Below, piece after piece: positions 19,079 through 29,312 of a stretch of DNA of 55,570 bases. The first letter of the stretch is position 1. Each line of letters begins with the position of its first letter. The DNA is taken from positions 1-55,570 of IMG/VR virus record IMGVR_UViG_3300020045_013245, one strand, 5' to 3'. Both the position numbers and the translations under genes were made by a program. The notes beneath the pieces were generated by a model. That model did no database searches. It saw only the letters and a list, made by a program, of their open reading frames with translations, and was not told where the DNA came from. The stretch comes from a virus. Taxonomy: Duplodnaviria; Caudoviricetes.

Positions 19079-22000
19079 ATGTCACAACAAATACAATTAA
19101 GGCGTAGTAACGTCCCAGGCAAAGTTCCCTCAATTCAAGATTTGGATTTAGGTGAAATAGGTATTAATACCTATGATGGAAGAGTATTCTTAAAACAAGC
19201 AGATGCTAGAGGAGAACGAATAATTGAAATAGGAACTATTTCTGGTTCCGTAGCTTCACAAGTAAGTGCTTCATTAGGTGCTCCATTAAATTTTGGATTT
19301 GGTATATATTCAACTTATCCTTCTTATAATGCTTCTGTTCCAACAACAATTTTAGTTAATACAGCTTCAATAACTGCTTTATCTTTATTTAATGCTTTTA
19401 CTGCTTCTATATCAGGTTCTTCTGGAGGAGTATCTTTAACTTTATTTAATTCTTTTACTCAAAGTGTTTATAATTATACTACATCATTAAATACATGGAC
19501 TTCATCTATTAATGCATGGTCTTCTTCTATTAATTTAGATTGGTATGTTTTAACTTCTTCATTTAATGCTTATACCCAATCAACTAATTTATTTACTGCA
19601 TCTGTTATAAGAGATTCAGCATCTTTTGATGTTAGAATAAATAATTTAAATAATTCTCAAAGTTTATTTGTAACAACAGGATCTTTTAATTTTTATTCTC
19701 AAAGTATTAATATATGGTCAGCTTCAATTTCCTCTTCAGAATATTGGATAAAAAATCAAAGTACATCTAATCAAGTAGCAGATTTTAGAATAATATCTAG
19801 TAATGGTAATACAATAATAGGAGTGGGAGGTTCAACTCCTCCATATCCATTATCTGCCTCTTGTTTAACTTTACATGATGGTGCATATAATCCTAATCTT
19901 ATTTTAGGTAGTATTACTAATGGAGTACAACATAAAATAGATTTTAAAGGAGATGATGGAAGTATTTATGCCTTTTTTAATTATGATGCTACTTTTAATT
20001 ATATTGGTACTTCTAATACTGTAATAACTGGTGGATTGATAAATTTAGGAAGTATAGATGGAATAGGAGGATATTATATAAAATCATCTCCAAATAATTT
20101 AACTCAAAATATATTTAGACATGAATTAAATAATGGAACTCCAGCATTTTATATAAATTCATATGGATATGTTTTTAATCCTGCAGTTCAAAATAATCAA
20201 AATTTAAATCAATTTATAACTGTTGATACATCAAGTGGGCAATTTTATTATCGTTCAGGTTCTTTAGGAACTTCAATAGACACTTCAATATTTGTATTAA
20301 CTTCTTCTTTTAATGCTTTTTCTCAAAGTATACATAATTGGAGTGCTAGTATAAATTCTTTTACTCAAAGTATAATTGGAGCAGTTTCTTCCTCAGTTTC
20401 AGGAACTATAGATTATATTCCTAAATTTATTTCTCCTAATAAATTAGGAAATAGTATTTTATATGAAACATCATCAAAAGTATTTGTAGGTACAACTACT
20501 GATTCAGGTGATTATAAATTACAAGTTAATGGAAAAACTTATTTAAATAGTTTTTTAAATGTTACTACTTCTTCAAATGATGTAGAAATAGTAAGATTTA
20601 ATACTTCAGCAGGTAACTCAGGTACTATAGTGGGTAAAGTATATATAGGATTATCTCCTTGGAGTTTTGATGTTGCTCTATATCCTCATACATGGATAGG
20701 TGTAGAAGAACGTGATCAAGGTTCATATCAAGGTCATTTAACATTTTTCACAAGAGGAGTTGATAGTGATACAGCTCCAACAGAAAAAATGAGACTTTTA
20801 AATGATGGAAGACTTTTAATTAATTTAAAAACAACAGGTAGCGAATATAAACTTCAAGTAGCAGGAGATGCTTTAGTAACAGGCTCTTTAGGAGTTAATA
20901 CAATTTCACCTTTGGGTAAATTTCAAGTTGGAGATAATACCGAAGGGATTCCAAATATTCCTACTATAGCTGGATTTTATTCTTCTACAGATAGTTTTAA
21001 TATGGTTCGTATTTCAAGAAATACAGCTAATCCTAGAACCTTATCTATAGGTACAAATGATACTAATGGTTATACTGAAATACAATCTTGGCAATCTACG
21101 GTAGGTATGACTAACACTCCTTTAGTTTTACAACGTCAAGGAGGTAAAGTATTATTAAATACCATTATTGATGCTGGTCCTTTATTACAGATTGCGGGTG
21201 ATACTTTAGTAAGTGGTTCTCTATTAGTAACTGGATCAATAACAAATAAATTTCTTTCAGGTTCAGGCGTAAAATTACTTCAAACAAATGAAATAGGAGT
21301 TATTAGTACTTCTTCAATAGATCCCACAACATTAATAACAACTGCTTCTTTTTCAGGTTCAAATTTATTCATTCAAAATCAAAATGCAACTCCTCAAGTA
21401 GCTAATTATTATATAACTGGTTCTGGTACAATATCAGGTTCTTTATATATTAAAACAAATGCAACAGGTAGTGGATTATATATAGCAGGATTAAATAATG
21501 GAAGTGATACTAATACTGTTAATACTGATATAACTAATCAAAGTTTTATAGTAAGTAATGGAGGATTAACTTATCCAGGTTCATATAATTTTTCATTAGG
21601 TAGGTCTTTACCTGGTGGTGTATCAGATAATTTAACTCTTCGTGCATCATTTGCTACATCTTTAGATAATGTTGCAGGTGCTTCTTTAATTAATTTATAT
21701 GATAAAGGACAAGGTGGTGGGGCACCAAATGGTTATTTCATAAAAGCTTCTGGTTCTGCAAATCAAACAAAATTTTATGTAGATGCACTAGGAAGATCTT
21801 ATTTATCTAGTTCATTAGTAATAGGACCTACAGGTACTGGTATGGGGGTTCAAGCTTCAAGATTACAAGTTGATGGTACAGGTTTAAATGTTGTACAATT
21901 TACTGGTGGAAATGAATTTGCTCCAGCATTTAAGTTTGACGGCGTAAATGGACATACTTATATGTATGAATTTAGTAGCCAAAATTTATCCACTAATACT

Positions 22001-24628
22001 TCAGGCAATACAGTAATATTTGGAGGTTTATTGTCTTTAACAGGTACCTCTTATATTTCTGGTTTTCAACGATATATAGAAATACGTCATCAATATTATA
22101 GTATAGGTGGGGCTACTTTAGTATTAGATAGTAGTGCAGATGGTGGTCCAGATCCTACATCTTCTACTTATAAAATTTTATCCGCAAGATTTAAAACTAC
22201 TGAGTCTGCTTATATTGCAGGTAATGGTGATATTTGGCTTTCTGGAAGTATTTATAATCCATTTATTATAAATAATCAATCATTAAACCAATTTGTATGT
22301 GTAGATACAAGTAGTGGTCAATTTTATTATAGATCGGGATCTTTAATAGATACTTCAATATTTGTATTAACTTCTTCTTTTAATACATTTTCTCAAAGTA
22401 TTAATAATTTTACTACTTCAATTAACACATGGTCAGCTTCAATTTCCTCTTCAGAATATTGGATAAAAAATCAATATGGAAGTCCTCAAACTGCTAATTA
22501 TAAAATAAATGGAACTGGTAGTTTGAATATGCTTTTAATAGGAACTACTTCAAGTATTAATGATGTTAAATTAGCTATTGAAAATAATGGAACTTCAATT
22601 TTTAATATAGATAAAAATGGAAATTCATATTTAAATAGATCTCTTGCAATAAGTAGTAGTATGCCAAATACTCAATATGGATTAAAAATTATTCCTTTTT
22701 CAGATAGTGGATATTATGCTCCTGATCCTTATGCTGCTTTATTTATAGATGGAGCTGATACTGGAATTTATGGGTTTTATACAAACCCTTCATCAAGTTT
22801 AATTAGGGTACAAGGTGCTAATGCAACATATCCTTCTCCAATTTTTGAAGTAAATAGAACTGGTAAAAGTTCTTTTTATAGTAATGGATATGTAAATGCT
22901 GGATATGGTACTGTAGATGTACATTTTGATGCATTATCAACTAATTATGCTTCTTCAGATGTTGATATATTCCATATAAGAGGAACATCTTTAAATCAAT
23001 TTGATATAAATGGTGGATATGGAACAAGATTAAATATACTTCGTATTTTAGGTCAATCTGATTCTGAAGCTCTTACAGTAACAAAACTTGCAGATGTTGG
23101 AGTTGGATTAATAGAACCTGCCTATAAATTTAATGTAGGTTCATTACAATACACTGCTCTTACTGCTTCTCAAGCAGGAACAACTGTTACTGGAGTTGGA
23201 ACATCTTTCACTCCTTCAATGGTTGGTAATTATTTTGTATTTAAAATTGGATATAATAGAACTAGAAGAAGAATTGCTAGTTATACAAGTGCAACTAGTT
23301 TAGAAGTAGTTGAAACAGGAACAGTAGCTTCTAGTAGTTTTTCTATTTATTATCCTGGTTTTCAAGTTAATGAAGTTGGAAAAACAATAATAAACTCTCA
23401 TACTGATTTAGGTAATTATAATTTACAATTAAATGGTAATTTATTAGTAACTGGTTCTTCAACTTCAGGAAGCATTTATAACCGTTCAATAACAAATAAC
23501 CAAACCCTGAACCAATTTGTATGTGTAGATACAAGTAGTGGTCAATTTTATTATAGATCAGGTTCATTAGGAGATTCAGGTATTACTAGTCTTTCAGCAA
23601 TAGGTTCATCTCCAAATGCAAATGCTGCAACTATTTCAGGAAGTGTATTAAATCTTGAACCAGCATCATCTACATTTGGTGGTGTCTTAACAACAGGCAC
23701 ACAATCATATGCTGGTGATAAAACAAGTTTGGGTTCATTAATGTTAAATAATCTTAATCCATTACTTTCTTTTAAACAAGTTACAATTGACCAAGAATTT
23801 AGAATGAGAATTGGGTTAGGAACTGGTTTAACTAATTCTCATTGGAATGTTTATAATGCTACAACGAGTAAACTTGGAATACGTATAGATTTAAATAATA
23901 ATATTATATTAGGTGATTGGACTACTGCAATGCCAACAGGTGGTAAAATGTTTCTTTATGGTGGTGTAAATGGAGCTAATTTAGATGTAAGAGGAGAAAC
24001 TGGTGATTTTAAAGATCAATCAACTATTGAATTAGAAGGTTCAGATTATGATACTGAAATAAAATCAGTTTATTTACAATATAGAGGTGTTGCATATACT
24101 ACTGGAACTACATTAGGTTATTCAAATACTAATTTAGCTCAATTAGTATTTAATGGAGCAAATACTTCTCTTATATATACTATAGGTACAACACCAATAA
24201 GATTTGGTGTTAATTCTGTTGAAATGATGAATTTAAATACAACTAGTTTGGATTTAGGTAAATCATCAACAACAAGAGGAATATTAGGATTACATGATGG
24301 TACTACATCTAGTAAAGCTACAATAGAAAATATAACAACGGGTTCTTTTCAAACAGGTTCTTATGTTATACACAATTCTTTAACAGGATCATATGATTCT
24401 GTTTTTATGGATTATGTAATTACTTCAGGTTCAAATAGAAGAGCAGGTAATTTTATGGCAACTTGGATAGGGTCAACTGCTTCATATACTGATAATTCAA
24501 CTAATGATTTTGGTACAACAAAAGGAGTTTCTTTTGGAGTTGGAATTACTGGAAGTAATGCATCTTTAATGGTAAGTATATCTGGAAGTAATGGATGGAA
24601 TATTAAATCACTTTATAGAAATTTATAA
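19079..24628 (+). CDS. long tail fibre protein
   Basis: N-terminal IQLRRS..PGKVP...L..GE...NTYDG.VF anchor; repeated GxNT..P..KLQV.G knob motifs; 1849 aa. Confidence 0.8.
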   Translation: MSQQIQLRRSNVPGKVPSIQDLDLGEIGINTYDGRVFLKQADARGERIIEIGTISGSVASQVSASLGAPLNFGFGIYSTYPSYNASVPTTILVNTASITALSLFNAFTASISGSSGGVSLTLFNSFTQSVYNYTTSLNTWTSSINAWSSSINLDWYVLTSSFNAYTQSTNLFTASVIRDSASFDVRINNLNNSQSLFVTTGSFNFYSQSINIWSASISSSEYWIKNQSTSNQVADFRIISSNGNTIIGVGGSTPPYPLSASCLTLHDGAYNPNLILGSITNGVQHKIDFKGDDGSIYAFFNYDATFNYIGTSNTVITGGLINLGSIDGIGGYYIKSSPNNLTQNIFRHELNNGTPAFYINSYGYVFNPAVQNNQNLNQFITVDTSSGQFYYRSGSLGTSIDTSIFVLTSSFNAFSQSIHNWSASINSFTQSIIGAVSSSVSGTIDYIPKFISPNKLGNSILYETSSKVFVGTTTDSGDYKLQVNGKTYLNSFLNVTTSSNDVEIVRFNTSAGNSGTIVGKVYIGLSPWSFDVALYPHTWIGVEERDQGSYQGHLTFFTRGVDSDTAPTEKMRLLNDGRLLINLKTTGSEYKLQVAGDALVTGSLGVNTISPLGKFQVGDNTEGIPNIPTIAGFYSSTDSFNMVRISRNTANPRTLSIGTNDTNGYTEIQSWQSTVGMTNTPLVLQRQGGKVLLNTIIDAGPLLQIAGDTLVSGSLLVTGSITNKFLSGSGVKLLQTNEIGVISTSSIDPTTLITTASFSGSNLFIQNQNATPQVANYYITGSGTISGSLYIKTNATGSGLYIAGLNNGSDTNTVNTDITNQSFIVSNGGLTYPGSYNFSLGRSLPGGVSDNLTLRASFATSLDNVAGASLINLYDKGQGGGAPNGYFIKASGSANQTKFYVDALGRSYLSSSLVIGPTGTGMGVQASRLQVDGTGLNVVQFTGGNEFAPAFKFDGVNGHTYMYEFSSQNLSTNTSGNTVIFGGLLSLTGTSYISGFQRYIEIRHQYYSIGGATLVLDSSADGGPDPTSSTYKILSARFKTTESAYIAGNGDIWLSGSIYNPFIINNQSLNQFVCVDTSSGQFYYRSGSLIDTSIFVLTSSFNTFSQSINNFTTSINTWSASISSSEYWIKNQYGSPQTANYKINGTGSLNMLLIGTTSSINDVKLAIENNGTSIFNIDKNGNSYLNRSLAISSSMPNTQYGLKIIPFSDSGYYAPDPYAALFIDGADTGIYGFYTNPSSSLIRVQGANATYPSPIFEVNRTGKSSFYSNGYVNAGYGTVDVHFDALSTNYASSDVDIFHIRGTSLNQFDINGGYGTRLNILRILGQSDSEALTVTKLADVGVGLIEPAYKFNVGSLQYTALTASQAGTTVTGVGTSFTPSMVGNYFVFKIGYNRTRRRIASYTSATSLEVVETGTVASSSFSIYYPGFQVNEVGKTIINSHTDLGNYNLQLNGNLLVTGSSTSGSIYNRSITNNQTLNQFVCVDTSSGQFYYRSGSLGDSGITSLSAIGSSPNANAATISGSVLNLEPASSTFGGVLTTGTQSYAGDKTSLGSLMLNNLNPLLSFKQVTIDQEFRMRIGLGTGLTNSHWNVYNATTSKLGIRIDLNNNIILGDWTTAMPTGGKMFLYGGVNGANLDVRGETGDFKDQSTIELEGSDYDTEIKSVYLQYRGVAYTTGTTLGYSNTNLAQLVFNGANTSLIYTIGTTPIRFGVNSVEMMNLNTTSLDLGKSSTTRGILGLHDGTTSSKATIENITTGSFQTGSYVIHNSLTGSYDSVFMDYVITSGSNRRAGNFMATWIGSTASYTDNSTNDFGTTKGVSFGVGITGSNASLMVSISGSNGWNIKSLYRNL

Positions 24629-24631
24629 GAT

Positions 24632-25252
24632 ATGGCTAATGAATATATAATAAGAAATGGTTTTATTGCAAATGATAATTCTATTATATCTGGTTCTTTA
24701 AATATAACTGGAAGTCTTAATGTAAATGGAAATACTTCTCTTGATGGTACATTAGTTGTTAATGAAGCAGGCGCAGATAAAGATGTACGAATTAAAGGTA
24801 ATACTGATGATAATTTATTCTTTACAGATGCATCTACAGATAGAATAGGTATTAAAGGAAATATCCCATCATCTTCCTTAGATAATTTTGGTAGTCAAGG
24901 ACATAAGTATCGTAAAATAACTGCTAATTCTGGATCTGCAGGAGAAACAGATTATACTTTATCTGTAGCTAATAGTGGAAGTAACTGGACTTTAAATATA
25001 CCAGATGCTTCTACTTGTCTTGGAAGAATATATGTTATAAAAAGATATGATAATACTTCAACTGCTAACATAAGAGTTATTCCTACTACTGGAAGCATTC
25101 AGGATATGAGTGGAATATTTAATTCTTTCTATGATTTTGGTAATAGCGGATGGGCAACTGGATATTGTAGCTTACCTGTGGGGATAACGTATCAATCTAA
25201 CGGAACTGATTGGGAAATAATAAATACTATAGTTAATCAGACATTTTGTTAA
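24632..25252 (+). CDS. distal fibre-associated protein
   Basis: MANEYIIRNG start paralogous to 16053; IPDAS...GRIYVIKR motif. Confidence 0.6.
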   Translation: MANEYIIRNGFIANDNSIISGSLNITGSLNVNGNTSLDGTLVVNEAGADKDVRIKGNTDDNLFFTDASTDRIGIKGNIPSSSLDNFGSQGHKYRKITANSGSAGETDYTLSVANSGSNWTLNIPDASTCLGRIYVIKRYDNTSTANIRVIPTTGSIQDMSGIFNSFYDFGNSGWATGYCSLPVGITYQSNGTDWEIINTIVNQTFC

Positions 25253-25276
25253 TTAAATAAATAATTTAAAAAAATA

Positions 25277-25310
25277 TTTGGCTGTATTCTAACTTTTGTA
25301 TATATTTATA
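25277..25310 (+). promoter_or_regulatory. Bacteroidota-type promoter (TTTG-N20-TATATTTA) overlapping TATTTATA
   Basis: Resembles the -33 TTTG / -7 TAnnTTTG consensus. Confidence 0.5.
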
Positions 25311-25336
25311 TACAACAAAATAAAAAAATAAAATTT

Positions 25337-25615
25337 ATGGAAAAAAAACAATTAAATGAACAAGAATTACAACAATTAAAAGATTTACAATCTGGGTATT
25401 CAAAAATATATTTTGAATTAGGTAATTTAGAATTTCAAAAAAGAAATTTAGAAGAAGTATTAGAAAAAATTAAAACAGATCAATCATATTTAATTTTAGA
25501 TTCTAAAACTATTAGACAAAAAGAAGAAGAATTTGCAAAAGAATTAAATGAAAAATATGGTAAAGGAAGTATAGACATAAATACAGGAGAAATAACTCCC
25601 CTTGTTCAACCATAA
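25337..25615 (+). CDS. small coiled-coil protein (possible chaperone)
   Basis: Heptad pattern; C-terminal LNEKYGKGSIDINTGEI. Confidence 0.6.
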   Translation: MEKKQLNEQELQQLKDLQSGYSKIYFELGNLEFQKRNLEEVLEKIKTDQSYLILDSKTIRQKEEEFAKELNEKYGKGSIDINTGEITPLVQP

Positions 25616-25684
25616 CGTTTACAATATTTTTTAAATATTTATCATAGAAATATAATAAATAATTTTAAATCAATTTAATTAATA

Positions 25685-27397
25685 ATGGCAAACGAAAGAA
25701 TTATATCACCAGGAGTATTTACCCGCGAAAATGATCAAAGCTTTATCCAAAAAGGTATTGAACAAATAGGTGCGGTATTAATAGGTCCTACTGTTAAAGG
25801 TCAAGCTTTAGTACCTATTAAAGTTACTTCATATAGTGAATATGTACAAAATTTTGGTACAACTTTTAAAAGTAGTAGTAATTATTACCAATATTTAACA
25901 TCATATACTGCTAGGGAATATTTTAGTAATGGTGGAAAAACTTTAACTGTTGTTAAAATAATGAGCGGTTCATATGCTCCAGCAACATCAACAACAATTG
26001 CTGCTGTGGATTCAGGTTCTTGTTTTTCATTAGAAACTCTTTCTGATGGAGTAATTATGAATAATTCAGGTTCTGAATCAAGTGGTTCTTTAATAAGTGG
26101 TAGTGTTGATAATGTAAGATGGGAAATATTAAATCCTAATTCTACAACAGGTACATTTACATTATTATTAAGAAGAGGTGATGATAATAATTCTCAAAAA
26201 ATAATATTAGAAACATGGACTAATTTATCATTAGATCCCAAAGTTCCTAATTATATAGCAAATGTTATTGGTGATACCGCATACAATTTAAATGTTACTG
26301 AAAATTATATTCAATCAACTGGTTCATATGCTAATAAGAGTGCATATGTAAGAGTATCAAATGTTTCAAAACAAACTCCAGATTATTTTGATAATAATGG
26401 TGTTGCTAAATCAGCATATACTGCTTCTTTACCAATTGTAGCAAGTGGTTCATTTACTGGTGGATCAGACGGTTTTATAATAGGAAATGCTAAATTTAAT
26501 GAACAAATAACAGATTCAGCTACAAATTCACAAGGATATACAGCAGCAGCATATATAGATGCTTTAAACTTACTATCAAATCAGGATGAATATGATTTTA
26601 ATTTAGTTTTAATACCTGGTATGACAGCTAATAACAATGCTTTATCAACTGCAATAACAACTGCTATTACTAATGCAGAATCAAGAGGTGATTGTTTTGT
26701 AATTGCAGATCCTGTAGGATTTGGTTCAGCTTTAACTTCAGCAACATCTGTTGCAGCTGCATATAATAGTAATTATGCTGGTATGTATTGGCCATGGGTT
26801 CAAATTAGAGATAATGAATTAAATAAAAATGTATGGGTTCCTTCATCAGTAGTAATAGGAGGAGTATTTGCATTTAATGATCAAGTAGGAGCTGAATGGT
26901 TTGCACCTGCTGGATTAAATCGTGGTGGAATTCCTTCAGTAATTCAAGCTGAACGTAAATTATCTCAATCTAATAGAGATAGTTTATATTTAAATAATGT
27001 TAACCCATTAGCAAGTTTTCCAGGTGAAGGAGTAGTAGCATGGGGTCAAAAAACATTACAAAGAAAAGCATCTGCTTTAGATAGAATTAATGTAAGAAGA
27101 TTATTAATAAACTTGAAAAAATTTGTAGCTTCAACTTCTCGTTTCTTAACATTTGAACAAAATACAAATGCTACAAGAAATAAATTTTTAAGTATAGTTA
27201 ATCCTTATTTAGAATCAGTTGTATCAAGACAAGGATTATATTCATTTAAAGTAGTAATGGATGCTTCAAATAATACATCAGATGTAATTGATAGAAATCA
27301 ATTAGTTGGTCAAATATTTATACAACCAACAAAAACAGCTGAATTTATTATACTTGATTTTACTGTAACCCCAACAGGTGGAACATTTAATCAATAA
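25685..27397 (+). CDS. contractile tail sheath protein (gp18-like)
   Basis: SPGVFTRE.D, WFAPAGLNRG, WGQKTL, DRINVRRL, FEQN, PTKTAEFI. Confidence 0.95.
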   Translation: MANERIISPGVFTRENDQSFIQKGIEQIGAVLIGPTVKGQALVPIKVTSYSEYVQNFGTTFKSSSNYYQYLTSYTAREYFSNGGKTLTVVKIMSGSYAPATSTTIAAVDSGSCFSLETLSDGVIMNNSGSESSGSLISGSVDNVRWEILNPNSTTGTFTLLLRRGDDNNSQKIILETWTNLSLDPKVPNYIANVIGDTAYNLNVTENYIQSTGSYANKSAYVRVSNVSKQTPDYFDNNGVAKSAYTASLPIVASGSFTGGSDGFIIGNAKFNEQITDSATNSQGYTAAAYIDALNLLSNQDEYDFNLVLIPGMTANNNALSTAITTAITNAESRGDCFVIADPVGFGSALTSATSVAAAYNSNYAGMYWPWVQIRDNELNKNVWVPSSVVIGGVFAFNDQVGAEWFAPAGLNRGGIPSVIQAERKLSQSNRDSLYLNNVNPLASFPGEGVVAWGQKTLQRKASALDRINVRRLLINLKKFVASTSRFLTFEQNTNATRNKFLSIVNPYLESVVSRQGLYSFKVVMDASNNTSDVIDRNQLVGQIFIQPTKTAEFIILDFTVTPTGGTFNQ

Positions 27398-27413
27398 AAA
27401 TTAAATTTAACAA

Positions 27414-27421
27414 TATTTATA
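27414..27421 (+). promoter_or_regulatory. TATTTATA putative late promoter
   Basis: Upstream of the tail tube gene. Confidence 0.55.
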
Positions 27422-27447
27422 ACAAATAATTAAATTATAAAAATAAA

Positions 27448-27936
27448 ATGCCCGTACTAGATCCTAATGAATTGTTCTTTACCGCTTTTGAACCACATGT
27501 TCAAAACAGATTTATATTTTATATAGATGGTATTCCATCATTTATAGTAAAAAAAGCAACTGCTCCTGGATTTGAAGCTGGAGAAATAACATTGGATCAT
27601 ATCAATGTTTATCGTAAAATCAAAGGTAAAGTTAGATGGAATGATATTTCACTTGAATTATTTTCACCAATCGCCCCCTCAGGTGTGCAAGCAGTAATGG
27701 AGTGGTTTAGATTATCACATGAATCCGTAACAGGTCGTGATGGTTACTCAGATTTTTATAAGAAAGACATTACTTTAAATGTACTAGGTCCAGTAGGTGA
27801 TATTGTAGGTGAATGGATTATAAAAGGTGCCTTTATCAAATCAGTATCAAATTTTGGCGATTTTGATTGGGCTGCCGATCAGAATACAGTTATTCCCGTA
27901 ACTCTTGCGTGCGATTATTGTATTTTAAATTTCTAA
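27448..27936 (+). CDS. tail tube protein (gp19-like)
   Basis: Follows the sheath; FEP..QNRF, YKKDITL..LGP.G...EW..KGAF. Confidence 0.9.
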   Translation: MPVLDPNELFFTAFEPHVQNRFIFYIDGIPSFIVKKATAPGFEAGEITLDHINVYRKIKGKVRWNDISLELFSPIAPSGVQAVMEWFRLSHESVTGRDGYSDFYKKDITLNVLGPVGDIVGEWIIKGAFIKSVSNFGDFDWAADQNTVIPVTLACDYCILNF

Positions 27937-27974
27937 AAATTAATTCAAAATACTTTAGTCAAAATCGAATTTTT

Positions 27975-28014
27975 AAAATCCTTTTACATATATATAAGTG
28001 TAAAGGGATTTTTT
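27975..28014 (+). terminator. hairpin/terminator after the tube gene
   Basis: AAAATCCTTTTACA / TGTAAAGGGATTTT stem plus T-run. Confidence 0.6.
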
Positions 28015-28054
28015 ATAATTTTTACAATATTTATAACAAATAAAAATTAAATTT

Positions 28055-28456
28055 ATGAAAAAATGGATTAAAGAAAATAAATTATTAGCAGTTAGTGCTC
28101 TATTAGGAATATTAGGATTTTTATATATAGTTATAAATGAATTCTTTTTTTATACAGATTCAAGCGGGATTACTGGTATAGAAGCTCTTAAACAAGCTGG
28201 TGGAGAATTTTGGGGATGGGCTATAGGCTTATCTGTGTTAGCTGGTGCTTTAGTATATTTTATATCAAGATATGTTAAAGCACAAGGAGGTGTAGGTGTA
28301 TCATTATCTATATTACTTCCTCCACTGTTATTATTATGTATAGCATGGGGTAAAGGATGTGATATCAAAGCAGATGGTATTGGTGGGGCAAAACACGTAC
28401 CTACGGAAAAAGTTGATGATGGGAGGGTTCCAGCACAAGATTTAATACCTAAATAA
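28055..28456 (+). CDS. membrane protein, three predicted TM helices
   Basis: Three hydrophobic segments; own TATTTATA (28028) and terminator. Confidence 0.7.
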   Translation: MKKWIKENKLLAVSALLGILGFLYIVINEFFFYTDSSGITGIEALKQAGGEFWGWAIGLSVLAGALVYFISRYVKAQGGVGVSLSILLPPLLLLCIAWGKGCDIKADGIGGAKHVPTEKVDDGRVPAQDLIPK

Positions 28457-28476
28457 AAAATAATAAAATTAAAAAT

Positions 28477-28504
28477 AAAAAGGGGACAATTAAGTCCCTT
28501 TTTT
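28477..28504 (+). terminator. intrinsic terminator
   Basis: AAAAAGGGGAC-aattaa-GTCCCTTTTTT. Confidence 0.75.
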
Positions 28505-28553
28505 ATTAAAAAATTTTGATTTTATATATTTATATACAAATAAAATAAAATTT

Positions 28554-29312
28554 ATGTCAAATTCAACAAATTATAATTTTCCAACTGAAATAGTTGAACT
28601 TCCTTCAAAAGGATTAGTATATCCAAAAACTTCTCTTTTATCATCAGGAAAAGTTGAAATAAAATATATGTGTGCAGTTCATGAAGATATTTTAACTAAT
28701 ATTAATTATATTAAACAAGATATAGTATTAGATAAATTATTACAAGCCTTAATAGTTACTAAATTTAATTATGATGATTTATTATTAGTAGACAAAGAAG
28801 CTTTATTATTAGCTTCACGTATTTTAGGTTATGGTAAAGAATATAGTTTTACTACAAGAAACCCAGTTACAGGTGAACAAGAAAAAATTACAATTGATTT
28901 AACTACAATAAAAGAAAAAGAAATAGATACCAAATTATTTAAAGAAGGTACAAATGAATTTGAATTTGAATTACCTCATACAGGTGTATTACTTAAATTT
29001 AAGTTATTGACAATTGCAGATGATAAAGCTATAGATGCTGAAATTAAAGGTATGAAAAAAATTTCATCTATGGCTTCATATGATATTACAACAACATTAA
29101 AACATAGTATATTAGCAGTAAATGGTAATACAGAAAAAAAAGAAATTCGTGAATTTGTAGATAAATCATTTTTATCAAGAGATAGAAAAGTATTTTCTGA
29201 GTACATAAGAAAAATATCTCCAGGTATTGAATTAAAAACATTTCATGATTTTGGGAATGGTGATGTGGAGGTAGCCGTCCCAATTGGGATAGAATTTTTT
29301 TGGCCTGAATGA
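28554..29312 (+). CDS. T4 gp26-like hub assembly / tail assembly chaperone
   Basis: ELPSKG..Y, EDILTN, FEFELP, C-terminal FFWP; lies between tube and tape measure. Confidence 0.75.
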   Translation: MSNSTNYNFPTEIVELPSKGLVYPKTSLLSSGKVEIKYMCAVHEDILTNINYIKQDIVLDKLLQALIVTKFNYDDLLLVDKEALLLASRILGYGKEYSFTTRNPVTGEQEKITIDLTTIKEKEIDTKLFKEGTNEFEFELPHTGVLLKFKLLTIADDKAIDAEIKGMKKISSMASYDITTTLKHSILAVNGNTEKKEIREFVDKSFLSRDRKVFSEYIRKISPGIELKTFHDFGNGDVEVAVPIGIEFFWPE

